Below, piece after piece: positions 27,974 to 37,363 of a DNA stretch of 64,000 nt. The position numbers were made by a program, and so were the translations under genes. Origin of the DNA: a bacterium (lineage in GTDB: Bacteria; Zhuqueibacterota; Zhuqueibacteria; Residuimicrobiales; Krinioviventaceae); NCBI GenBank assembly GCA_963693055.1, contig OY843751.1, forward strand, positions 768,001 to 832,000, read 5' to 3'. Position 1 is the first letter of the stretch, and the number at the start of each line of letters is the position of its first letter. Below the pieces are notes generated by a model, which did not search any database, was not told the DNA's origin, and was given only the letters and a program-made list of their open reading frames with translations.

Positions 27974-29659
27974 CTATTTCCTCCCCACCAACGGATTCAG
28001 GATTACCGCTATGCCTACCAATACAACACATCCAATAACGTTGAACCACAGATAGGGGATCTCGGTGAACTGGTAGCTTGCCAGCACAACACCTTCCGCA
28101 ATGATTGCAGCGATAAATGTTGCCGTAGACCCGATACGTTTGAAATAAAACGCTACCAGGAAAATGCCCAGTATGGTTCCGTAAAAGAGCGAACCGAGAA
28201 TGTTCACCGCCTCGATCAATGAGCCCAACCGATTTGCAAAGAGTGCAAAAATGATGGCATAGATGCCCCAGAACAGGGTGGCAACTTTGGATGCAATGAG
28301 ATAATGTTTTTCAGATGCCTGCTTTTTAAACATGCGTTTGTAAATATCTATAACCGATGTTGAGGCAAGGGCGTTCAACTCTGCCGATGTGGAAGACATG
28401 GAGGCCGACAAAATAGCCGCCAGGATCAGGCCTACCAGGCCGACAGGCAGGAAATTGATCACAAAGCTTAAAAAGATATAGTTGGTATCGTTTGTGTCTG
28501 CGTCCGGGTTGGCCTGTGCGATAACGGATTTTGCATTTTCGCGGATTCCAAGTTCAGACTGACGCATTTTCATCAGCTCTTGTCTGCTCGATTGCAGTTG
28601 CGCGGGATTGTCGCCATGCAGTGCATCGAGCATGTTGCGGATTCCCTGTTGTTTTTCAGTATGGACTGTCTGGAAGTCCTGCTCTAGCTGACGATATTGT
28701 TCCGCGTAGAGACTGCTTTTAACTTCCTCGGTAACAACCGGATTAAATACCAGGGGTGGCATGGTAAACTGGTAAAAGACAAAAATCATGGCGCCTATGA
28801 ATAGAATAGAGAACTGCATGGGGATCTTGACCACACCGTTTGCCAGTAAACCCATGCGGCTGGAAGCAACGGATTTCCCGGAGAGGTAGCGCTGTACCTG
28901 GGACTGGTCCGTACCAAAGTACGAGAGCGCCAAAAAGGTACCACCAATCAATCCGGACCATATGTTGTACCGGTCCCGCCAGTCAAAGTCGAATGTTATG
29001 GCATTGAGCTTACCCATTTTGCCTGCTACGTGCGCGGCATCCAGAAAAGAAATGTCCGGGGGCAGCAGGCGAAAGATCATAATAAACGCGGAAAGCATGC
29101 CCGCGGTAATTATGAGCATTTGCAGCAGATGGGTCTTGTTGACAGCGTCTGTCCCACCTGATGTGGTATAGAGGATAACCACTCCGCCAATCATATATAT
29201 AGTCAGACGAATGTCCCAACCCAGCAATACGGAAAGGATCAGCGCCGGTGCAAAAATAGTAAATCCTGCTGCCAGTCCGCGTTGGATGAGAAACAGTATG
29301 GCGCCTAATGCCCGGATTTTGAGATCAAAGCGCTGTTCAAGATATTCATAGGCTGTATATACATTGAGTCTGTGAAAAATCGGCACGGCTGTAACGGATA
29401 AAATAATCATGGCAATGGGAAGGCCCAGATAAAACTGCACAAATCGCATTCCGTCAACAAATGCTTGTCCCGGTGTTGAAAGAAACGTGATAGCACTGGC
29501 CTGGGTTGCCATAATAGAGAGGGTAACCGTATACCAGGGCGTAGAACGGTTTGCCAGCAAATATTCTTGAATATTTTTTTTACCGCGTGTTTTCCAGATT
29601 CCATAACCGGCAACAAATGCTAAAAATGAAAAAAGGACGATCCAGTCTATTTGGGTCAT
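27974..29659 (-). CDS. Sodium:solute symporter family protein
   Basis: SIMATQASAITF, YEYLEQRF, YFGTDQSQVQRYL, LSASMSS. Confidence 0.93.
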   Translation of the reverse strand: MTQIDWIVLFSFLAFVAGYGIWKTRGKKNIQEYLLANRSTPWYTVTLSIMATQASAITFLSTPGQAFVDGMRFVQFYLGLPIAMIILSVTAVPIFHRLNVYTAYEYLEQRFDLKIRALGAILFLIQRGLAAGFTIFAPALILSVLLGWDIRLTIYMIGGVVILYTTSGGTDAVNKTHLLQMLIITAGMLSAFIMIFRLLPPDISFLDAAHVAGKMGKLNAITFDFDWRDRYNIWSGLIGGTFLALSYFGTDQSQVQRYLSGKSVASSRMGLLANGVVKIPMQFSILFIGAMIFVFYQFTMPPLVFNPVVTEEVKSSLYAEQYRQLEQDFQTVHTEKQQGIRNMLDALHGDNPAQLQSSRQELMKMRQSELGIRENAKSVIAQANPDADTNDTNYIFLSFVINFLPVGLVGLILAAILSASMSSTSAELNALASTSVIDIYKRMFKKQASEKHYLIASKVATLFWGIYAIIFALFANRLGSLIEAVNILGSLFYGTILGIFLVAFYFKRIGSTATFIAAIIAEGVVLASYQFTEIPYLWFNVIGCVVLVGIAVILNPLVGRK

Positions 29660-29668
29660 AGTTTAACC

Positions 29669-29794
29669 TTAATTGAAATAAATTGTAAACAGGTAATATA
29701 AAATGATCAATGCCACCAGGTGCAGAAACACAAATGCATAGAGCTGGTTCCAGGATTTTAAAACCGGTGGTTTCTCTTGCTCGTTATTTTTCAT
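29669..29794 (-). CDS. Small single-TM protein (41 aa) MKNNEQEKPPVLKSWNQLYAFVFLHLVALIILYYLFTIYFN
   Basis: Translated by hand; fills the gap between the PIG-L and symporter genes and overlaps the PIG-L stop. Confidence 0.75.
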   Translation of the reverse strand: MKNNEQEKPPVLKSWNQLYAFVFLHLVALIILYYLFTIYFN

Positions 29795-32261
29795 GAGATG
29801 CTCCTGCGGATAACAGGTTCACAAACAGACGGTACGCGCCGGGTACTCCTGCGGGTAACTGCCGGAACCATGAATAGCCTGTGTAAATGAAAACTCCCTT
29901 GCCGTAGCGGGTATATAGTAATCCGCCATTTCTTTCCGGTTCACCCGGATCGTGACTGGATAGCACCGCTTGATAGCGATCATCCCATTCCGAGCAGAAA
30001 TAGAGTCCCCGTTCCTGTACCCAATTCTCAAAATCCTTTTGCGTGATCTTGTTGGGATTGTTCAACAGAGGATGGTTGGGATCAAGCAGTGTAATAGCTG
30101 CGGTTTCATCACTGACGCGGTCACGGCTGATGGTTAAGGGATACGGACCAATCTCTTCTGTCTGCAATCCCCGGTTGACATTATATTGCACCACAAGTGT
30201 GCCTCCATCTTGTACATATTGCATCAGTTTGGGTTGGATATATTTTAAACGTTCTTCAGTGTTCCAGGCCCGTACACCGGTAATTATGGCATCATATTCG
30301 GCAAGAGAGCCATTTTCCAGAGCACCGTTGCTCAGTACCTCAATGGAATACCCCAGTTGAGTCAACGCCTCGGGGATCTCGTCACCAGAACCCATTATAT
30401 AGCCAATGCGCTCACCGGTTTTTTGGATATCAAGATTCACAACCTTGACCGTACTCTCGGGAAACAATACCAACTCGTCGATATGGGGATAAGAGATTTC
30501 GACAAGGGAGTTGGAATAGTTTTGCCCATCAATTTCAGCTATAGCGGTCAGCGTTGCTTCATCAGCGTCAGTAGGGGAAGTGATTTCGAACAAGATTGTT
30601 TTTTCATCATGCTTGTTAACAAGCGTAAAGTGTACCTCTGCGGGAGTAACCTTCCAATTTTCAGGACCGCTGATACGGAGTATGCCGGACTGGTTGTCTG
30701 CACTGCTTTTCAGTTTGACCGGTATGGTTTTGGCCCCATCAGAGAACATGAGCACTTGGGTGTCAAAATTTACTGTTACCGGCGGTCGGATTTCTAAAGG
30801 ACGATACAGTTCGCCAATGGCGCGGTCGGTCCAGCGATAGAGAACCGGCAGTGAGTAAACCAGTTCCTGTCCGTTTGCTTTCAGTGTTACAGAGACAGTC
30901 AGCGCAGGTGGATTTTCCGCAAGGCCAATCTCTTGCTGGTCTGTAACGACAAATGACCCGAATTCGGCTGGTTCTCTCAGCCAGTAGGGTTGAGAGAGGG
31001 GGAAATCCTTTGGGAATTGAACGGACAGGGTCTGACTCTCAATATGATTATTTTTTAATGCTACAAAAAGTGGTTTTTTATAGCTGACAGCGGGAATGCT
31101 TATATTCTCGAGCGTAAAAGGGAAATCGCATCGGTTGACCAGTGTTGTTTGCAGGGACAAGGGACTGCCCGGAGCGGCATCATAATCCTGTGCAATGGCT
31201 TCCATCCAGAGTCCGGCGCAGCCTTGAATAACGGATTTCAGTTCCTTTATTTTAAGACTCGTCCAGTCACTCTGAGGCAGCGAATTCATTTCGGCATAAA
31301 GGTTGATCAGCGCCGGCAGGGATTTATCCGGTTGCCGGGGATCGAAAGCTGCATTGATCTCTTTGAGCATGGCACCAATCTTTTTACCACCCGGGATCCG
31401 GTCCCATGAGGTGTCAATGTTTTCCATAATATCTGTTGCTGCGGGTTCACCAGCCAGCAGGTCAAAATATTCAAAACTCTCGCCACGTCTGCCCGCGGCA
31501 CCAAAGCCCTGGCTTTTGTGCATGGACCGGCTTTCTGCGGCAATTTCTGTGTATGATTTTCCCAACAAGGGATTAAATACGCCAATATCGATTCCCAACA
31601 GGTTTTGTGCCTGCTGTTGATTGGGGCGCCAACTGTTCCAGAACATTCGTTTGGGCTGCCAGGTATCCACATATTTCAACTGTTCCGGAAAACGACTGGC
31701 ATCACCGGCAGCTTTGAACGCATCCATAGCCAGTAACGCGGAAGCGGTGTGATGACCGTGACCACTGTAGCCATCCGGGGTAAAACGGGTAATAATGACA
31801 TCGGGTTTGAATTTACGGATCACCCAAACCACATCCGCTAAAATTTTTTCACGCCCCCAAAACTTAAAAGTCTCTTCCGCGGTTTTAGAGTACCCAAAAT
31901 CCACTGCACGGGTAAAGTACTGTTCAGCACCGTCAATTTGCCGGGCTTCTAACAGCTCGTGGGTACGGATGAGCCCAATCTCGCTGCCTTTTTCAGGACC
32001 GATGAGGTTTTGGCCGCCGTCTCCGCGGGTAAGCGAAAGATAGGCTGAACGGTATTTTCTGTCTTTGGAGAGGTAGGCAAGCAGTCCGGTGTTTTCATCA
32101 TCCGGGTGGGCGGCAAGATAGAGCACACTTGCCAGTACATTCAGCTTTTGCAGAGCGATTTGTAAATCCGCAGAAGTTTGGGTATGTACCGGCTCTACTT
32201 TTGAATACAAGCCAGTGGATAATACCAGAACCAGCAAAATAGTTGATATAGATTTTTTCAT
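29784..32261 (-). CDS. Secreted PIG-L/LmbE-family deacetylase with C-terminal GATase-like domain
   Basis: Signal peptide, AAHPDDE, TRGDGGQN, GHGHH, SMHKSQGFG. Confidence 0.9.
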   Translation of the reverse strand: MKKSISTILLVLVLSTGLYSKVEPVHTQTSADLQIALQKLNVLASVLYLAAHPDDENTGLLAYLSKDRKYRSAYLSLTRGDGGQNLIGPEKGSEIGLIRTHELLEARQIDGAEQYFTRAVDFGYSKTAEETFKFWGREKILADVVWVIRKFKPDVIITRFTPDGYSGHGHHTASALLAMDAFKAAGDASRFPEQLKYVDTWQPKRMFWNSWRPNQQQAQNLLGIDIGVFNPLLGKSYTEIAAESRSMHKSQGFGAAGRRGESFEYFDLLAGEPAATDIMENIDTSWDRIPGGKKIGAMLKEINAAFDPRQPDKSLPALINLYAEMNSLPQSDWTSLKIKELKSVIQGCAGLWMEAIAQDYDAAPGSPLSLQTTLVNRCDFPFTLENISIPAVSYKKPLFVALKNNHIESQTLSVQFPKDFPLSQPYWLREPAEFGSFVVTDQQEIGLAENPPALTVSVTLKANGQELVYSLPVLYRWTDRAIGELYRPLEIRPPVTVNFDTQVLMFSDGAKTIPVKLKSSADNQSGILRISGPENWKVTPAEVHFTLVNKHDEKTILFEITSPTDADEATLTAIAEIDGQNYSNSLVEISYPHIDELVLFPESTVKVVNLDIQKTGERIGYIMGSGDEIPEALTQLGYSIEVLSNGALENGSLAEYDAIITGVRAWNTEERLKYIQPKLMQYVQDGGTLVVQYNVNRGLQTEEIGPYPLTISRDRVSDETAAITLLDPNHPLLNNPNKITQKDFENWVQERGLYFCSEWDDRYQAVLSSHDPGEPERNGGLLYTRYGKGVFIYTGYSWFRQLPAGVPGAYRLFVNLLSAGASHEK

Positions 32262-32483
32262 ACGTTTTCTTTTCCGGAGAATAGATTACAATCCGTTTGA
32301 TATTCAATGAATATTTATGATATATAATAAAATAATGGGAGTAATTATTTCAATAAAATGATAGTGTTGTTCAGGGAAAAAGTATATTAAAATCTCATCT
32401 TTTTTTAATTCTGATTAAACGTTTTTCTTATATTGCAGTATCACTAGTAAACAATGAACAATAAAATTTAAGAGCCGGGGATT

Positions 32484-33062
32484 GTGGGAAAAAAGCAATA
32501 CGCCGAGATTGAAACGGATATTCTTGTAAAAGCTCAAGCGGGTGATGTTGACGCGTTCAGGGTAGTATATGATTTTTATTTTGAACGGGTGAATCATGTT
32601 GTCATGCGAATGATAGGAGAACACTGGCGTAAAGACGCGGTACAGGAAGTGTTTATTCGTGTATTCAAATCTCTGCACCAGTTTAATACGCAAAAAAAGT
32701 TTTTTACCTGGTTGTATAAAATAACAATGAATGTCTGTTTTGATTATTTGAAAAAGAACCGGCACATCTCTAATAATGACACCCTGGAGTCAGAAAATTT
32801 AGATGAGATAGCGTTTTGTTCAATTGGTAACCAGGTTTTTGATCAGGATGATGAATTGTTTGGAATAGTGAATGAATTGATGAAAAGGCTGGGACCCAAT
32901 CAGAGAGCGGTATTTATGATGCGAGATATTGACGGATTTGAGATTAGTGAAATTTCTCAGATTATGAAATGCACAAAATCTACTGTACGCGCACAGCTTC
33001 ATTTTGCTCGTAAAGCTGTACGGAATTGGCTGCTTGAAGAATATCCCGAATATAAAAGGTGA
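32484..33062 (+). CDS. ECF sigma factor
   Basis: DAVQEVFIRVF, FFTWLYKITMN region 2; region 4 HTH. Confidence 0.92.
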   Translation: MGKKQYAEIETDILVKAQAGDVDAFRVVYDFYFERVNHVVMRMIGEHWRKDAVQEVFIRVFKSLHQFNTQKKFFTWLYKITMNVCFDYLKKNRHISNNDTLESENLDEIAFCSIGNQVFDQDDELFGIVNELMKRLGPNQRAVFMMRDIDGFEISEISQIMKCTKSTVRAQLHFARKAVRNWLLEEYPEYKR

Positions 33063-33595
33063 TGAATATGGATTGTAATCATATAAAAGAAAAATTATAT
33101 CTCTTTGTCAGCAATGATCTGCCTAAAAGAGAGAACAAGATTGTTCAGCAACATTTGCGCATATGCGAGACATGTAGGTTGGAACTAAACGATATTAAAG
33201 ATACAATAACAGATATTGCTGCATTAGACAGACCGGTTGTCTTGGATGATGGAAAAGAACAGGTCTGGAACAACATGTTACCGGAACTTAATTTAGTTAA
33301 ATCCCCGGTAAAGAGACAATACAATCCATTTTTGATCATCCGGAAACGTGTACCGGTTTATGGCTGGCTTGCGGTAGCAATGTTGCTGCTCATCATTGCA
33401 ATCGTATCAGAACAGGGCAGAGAAGGGGATGATACAGCTTTACAAATACCAGCCCTAACGGAAAATGATGCTGTGCATGCTGAAAATGAGGTTACGGTAG
33501 TAAATTTTCAGACCAGTGATCCAAACATCCGGATTGTCTGGTTTTTTGACAGTGATTTTTCACTGGACGCGGAAGCATTGAAAACATTGAAATAA
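33059..33595 (+). CDS. zf-HC2 anti-sigma factor, single TM
   Basis: C...HLRICETC (HxxxCxxC) motif, one TM, overlaps the sigma gene stop. Confidence 0.88.
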   Translation: MMNMDCNHIKEKLYLFVSNDLPKRENKIVQQHLRICETCRLELNDIKDTITDIAALDRPVVLDDGKEQVWNNMLPELNLVKSPVKRQYNPFLIIRKRVPVYGWLAVAMLLLIIAIVSEQGREGDDTALQIPALTENDAVHAENEVTVVNFQTSDPNIRIVWFFDSDFSLDAEALKTLK

Positions 33596-33616
33596 CGATT
33601 ATAAAGGAGCTCGATC

Positions 33617-34792
33617 ATGAGATTTAGACTAATTACAACGGTATTGCTGGTATTGTTGTCCGGTTGTGTGGTTTTAGCAGAAGGAACTGGACGATTAGTC
33701 GGTCAAATTACAAAGTTTGATAATGGTAAACCTGTACCTTTTGTGAATATCAATTTAATCGGGACCAGTTTTACTGTACAATCTGATGTGGATGGTAATT
33801 ACATGATTGAAAATATACCAGAAGGTAAGTACAATTGTGTAGCAAAAAGTGCTCTGCTTGGAGGCGGAACACATTTTCGGGTTGAAATTAAAAAGAATAA
33901 AACCAAAAATAAAAATGTTGTTTTAAATTTTCCAATAGATACAAATCCGGTCAAGGTTAAAGGAAAGGTAATTGACCACAAAACACAATTGGGACTCAAG
34001 GGCGCTAAAGTCATTATAGAGAATTCGGACCAGGGCGTTGTAACGGATGAGAACGGTTATTTTGAATTCCCGCCTGTGTTATCAAAAATATATACGTTCA
34101 AAATTGCGGCTGCCGGTTATGAAACTGAATTTGCAAATGATATCGTTCTGGGACCGGAAGCAATAAAGGAAATGGACTTTTATTTAAAACCGCAACCGGT
34201 CCTGATCAGCAATACTTTTGTATTGAAACATAAAACCATACACAATCTCTATCAAAATTTTGAAGTGCTAATGGATGAGGGAATGGTCTTTTCACGCCAA
34301 AGTGATTACCGTTTTACTGTAAAATGCACAAAAGAAAATATGAAAAAGATCGCTAAACTGGTAGAGCAATACGATGTACCCCTAAAACAAGTCTGGATCG
34401 AAGTTCGGCTGGTACTGGCATCTATGGAAAAAAAGGCGGGTAGCACGCTTCCGCAGGAACTCAAAGCGGTAGAAGAACAGTTCAAAACCTTGTTTCGTTA
34501 TCAGAATTACGAGATACTTGATGATGCCAAAGTTATGGTGGTTGAAGATAATGGTTGTTTTCTTACAATTGGGGGCGGTAAATTTGCGGTAAATGTTTCC
34601 AAAGTTGAAATACATAATGATATTATCAATTTGAACAATTTTACACTTGAACAAACCGGTAACGAAGCGAAAACAATTTTGTCAACTTTTGTAAACCTTA
34701 CAATAGGAGATACTGTGGTACTGGGCGCTTCCAATGTGGATAACAGTAAATACGCGCTTATTGTTACGGTTAATGCAAATGTGGTTAAATAA
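33617..34792 (+). CDS. Exported protein: two carboxypeptidase-regulatory-like domains plus secretin-N/NolW-like C-terminal part
   Basis: G.I....G.PVPFVNI..SDVDGNY and G.VID.KT..GL.GA.V..TDENGYF repeats; IAKLVEQYDVPLKQVWIEVRLV. Confidence 0.65.
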   Translation: MRFRLITTVLLVLLSGCVVLAEGTGRLVGQITKFDNGKPVPFVNINLIGTSFTVQSDVDGNYMIENIPEGKYNCVAKSALLGGGTHFRVEIKKNKTKNKNVVLNFPIDTNPVKVKGKVIDHKTQLGLKGAKVIIENSDQGVVTDENGYFEFPPVLSKIYTFKIAAAGYETEFANDIVLGPEAIKEMDFYLKPQPVLISNTFVLKHKTIHNLYQNFEVLMDEGMVFSRQSDYRFTVKCTKENMKKIAKLVEQYDVPLKQVWIEVRLVLASMEKKAGSTLPQELKAVEEQFKTLFRYQNYEILDDAKVMVVEDNGCFLTIGGGKFAVNVSKVEIHNDIINLNNFTLEQTGNEAKTILSTFVNLTIGDTVVLGASNVDNSKYALIVTVNANVVK

Positions 34793-34807
34793 TATCTATT
34801 CTTTATT

Positions 34808-34838
34808 TTACCCTCCGGTTATACCGGAGGGTAATTTC
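34808..34838 (+). terminator. Intrinsic terminator of the ECF locus
   Basis: TTACCCTCCGGT/ACCGGAGGGTAA perfect stem. Confidence 0.75.
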
Positions 34839-34924
34839 CATTCATTAAAATTTCAATCCTTACATTTTTCATTGATTTTCATCTGAAATTTATGTATTAA
34901 TCAATACACAGAAATAATATCAGT

Positions 34925-37351
34925 ATGAGGATGGATTTAATGGAAAATTTTGAAAAGCTGGGTGCGTTTTACCTGGGTAAAAATATGGGACTGGATCAGA
35001 AATTAAGCGATGAATTGTGCCTGCTGGATTCCAAAGACCTGACCACGCATGCCGTGTGTGTGGGCATGACTGGCAGCGGTAAAACCGGTCTTTGTGTGTC
35101 GCTTTTGGAAGAGGCGGCAATGGACAATATTCCTGCGCTGATCATTGATCCCAAAGGTGATATGACCAATCTGCTGCTCAATTTTCCGGATTTGTCTATG
35201 GAAGAGTTTCTACCCTGGATCAACGAGAGTGAAGCGAGCAAAAAGAATTTATCTCCCGAAGAATATGCCGCCAAACAGGCCGAACTGTGGAAAAACGGTC
35301 TGGCGCAGTGGGGCCAGTCCGGTGAGCGGATTCGAGCCATGAAAGAAAAGACCGAGTTTTCTATCTATACGCCGGGCAGTACAGCGGGACTGCCAGTATC
35401 CATACTCAGTTCTTTTGCCGCACCGGATGCGGCTATTCTGAATGATATGGATGCCTTTGGTGATCGAATAGAAGCAACTGTCAGCAGCTTGCTGGGATTG
35501 CTGGATATAGACGCAGACCCCATCCAGAGCAGGGAGCATATATTGCTTTCTACCATTCTGAAACATTTCTGGCAGCAGGGTAAAGACCTTGACCTGCCAA
35601 CACTGATCCTTTCTGTACAGAAACCACCTTTTAAACAGGTGGGTGTATTTGATATTGAACAGTTTTTCCCCGCGAATAACCGGTTCAAGCTGGCCATTAC
35701 CATGAACAATTTAATGGCCTCACCGGGATTTCAGAGCTGGCTTGAGGGAGAGGCGCTGAATATTGACCGGATGCTCTATAATCAGAACGGCAAGCCCCGT
35801 CACTCTATATTTTACATCGCCCATTTGTCAGATACGGAACGCATGTTTTTTGTGTCACTGCTGTTGAATCAGGTCTTGTCTTGGGTGCGCAGTCAGAATG
35901 GTACTTCAAGCCTGCGGGCGTTGCTCTATTTTGACGAGCTGTTTGGATATCTTCCGCCTGTTGGCAATCCTTCTTCCAAAAAGCCATTAATGACGTTGTT
36001 AAAGCAGGCGCGTGCCTTTGGACTGGGTGTGGTCATGGCAACCCAGAATCCTGTTGATCTGGATTATAAAGGCCTGTCGAACACCGGCTGCTGGTTTATT
36101 GGTAGACTGCAGACCGAGCGTGACCGCGAGCGTGTAATTGACGGATTACTTTCCACTGGTGGAGAAAAAGCGGGGTTCGATAAAAAAACTTTGAACACAA
36201 CCATTGCGGGACTGGACAAGCGCGTATTTCTACTGCACAATGTGCATGAAGATGCTCCCGTATTGTTTCATACCCGCTGGGCCATGTCATATTTATGTGG
36301 TCCGCTTACACGGCCGCAAATCCAAAAGCTGAAACAAGGCGCAGTAGCGGCAGCAACTCCTTCCGTATCGGTAAAAACAGCCGCCAAGGCAGAGAAATTA
36401 CCGGCTCCCCCAATGTTTGATCCGGATGTTACGGTCTTGTATGCACCTGTGCGTAAATCAGTTGCAGAGACTGAAAAAATAGAATATCGCCCCTGTTTAT
36501 GGGCGGGCGGTAGTGTGTCGTATTCCAGCAAGAAATATGGTATTGAGCACCAACAGACCCTGCGCAATGTATTCATGATACAGGATGAAATTGTACCGGT
36601 CAACTGGGAGCAGGCATATGTGCCGGATCTGGATGAAAATTATCTGCTGCGAGAACCGGATGTAAATGCAGGCTTTGCACCGGTACCCGCAAAAGCAAAG
36701 GATGGAAAACAATATGCTGCCTGGAAACGCGAGTTAACTGATCATCTTTATAAATTCAACAAGCTGGACCTGTTCAAGAGCCCTACTTTGGATATGGTAT
36801 CGTATCCCGGAGAGAGCGAGCGGGATTTCCGCATCCGGTTGTCACAGGTAGCGCGGGAGCAGCGGGATGAATGGACAGAGCAGCTTCGTGACAGTTATGC
36901 GAAGAAAATCGACAGTCTGGAGAAAAAGCTGGAACGGGCCAAAGATAAGGTTGCCCGTGAAGAACAGCAGGCCAGTCAGCAAAAACTGCAAACCGTAATT
37001 TCCATTGGCACAACGCTGCTGGGCGCGTTTATGGGACGTAAAAAAATCTCCAGCACCACCGTTAGTCGCGCGGGTACGGTTGCACGTCAGGCAGGACGGT
37101 CAATGAAGGAAAGTCAGGACATAAAGATGGCTGAAGAGATCGTACGTGAACTTGAACAGGATTTGCAGGACCTGCAAGACCAGTTCCAATCTGAACTGGA
37201 TGAACGCGAAGCGCAGCTTGATATGCTGAATGAAAAACTGGAAGCCGAAAGTATCAAGCCCTTTAAAAAAGACATCCTGGTGCAGTTGATGACCTTTGTC
37301 TGGGTGCCGTGCAGAATTACTCCTGCTGGGGATGCTGAATTATTGGTTTGA
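34925..37351 (+). CDS. HerA/FtsK-superfamily (DUF87/DUF853-like) ATPase with C-terminal coiled coil
   Basis: Walker A GMTGSGKT, IIDPKGD, Walker B LLYFDE, QARAFGLGVVMATQNP. Confidence 0.85.
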   Translation: MRMDLMENFEKLGAFYLGKNMGLDQKLSDELCLLDSKDLTTHAVCVGMTGSGKTGLCVSLLEEAAMDNIPALIIDPKGDMTNLLLNFPDLSMEEFLPWINESEASKKNLSPEEYAAKQAELWKNGLAQWGQSGERIRAMKEKTEFSIYTPGSTAGLPVSILSSFAAPDAAILNDMDAFGDRIEATVSSLLGLLDIDADPIQSREHILLSTILKHFWQQGKDLDLPTLILSVQKPPFKQVGVFDIEQFFPANNRFKLAITMNNLMASPGFQSWLEGEALNIDRMLYNQNGKPRHSIFYIAHLSDTERMFFVSLLLNQVLSWVRSQNGTSSLRALLYFDELFGYLPPVGNPSSKKPLMTLLKQARAFGLGVVMATQNPVDLDYKGLSNTGCWFIGRLQTERDRERVIDGLLSTGGEKAGFDKKTLNTTIAGLDKRVFLLHNVHEDAPVLFHTRWAMSYLCGPLTRPQIQKLKQGAVAAATPSVSVKTAAKAEKLPAPPMFDPDVTVLYAPVRKSVAETEKIEYRPCLWAGGSVSYSSKKYGIEHQQTLRNVFMIQDEIVPVNWEQAYVPDLDENYLLREPDVNAGFAPVPAKAKDGKQYAAWKRELTDHLYKFNKLDLFKSPTLDMVSYPGESERDFRIRLSQVAREQRDEWTEQLRDSYAKKIDSLEKKLERAKDKVAREEQQASQQKLQTVISIGTTLLGAFMGRKKISSTTVSRAGTVARQAGRSMKESQDIKMAEEIVRELEQDLQDLQDQFQSELDEREAQLDMLNEKLEAESIKPFKKDILVQLMTFVWVPCRITPAGDAELLV

Positions 37352-37363
37352 GTTTTTAGATTT

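Noticed and set aside
34925-37351. HerA-based anti-phage or conjugation system
   Set aside because: No nuclease, Sir2, relaxase or T4SS partner nearby; composition looks native.
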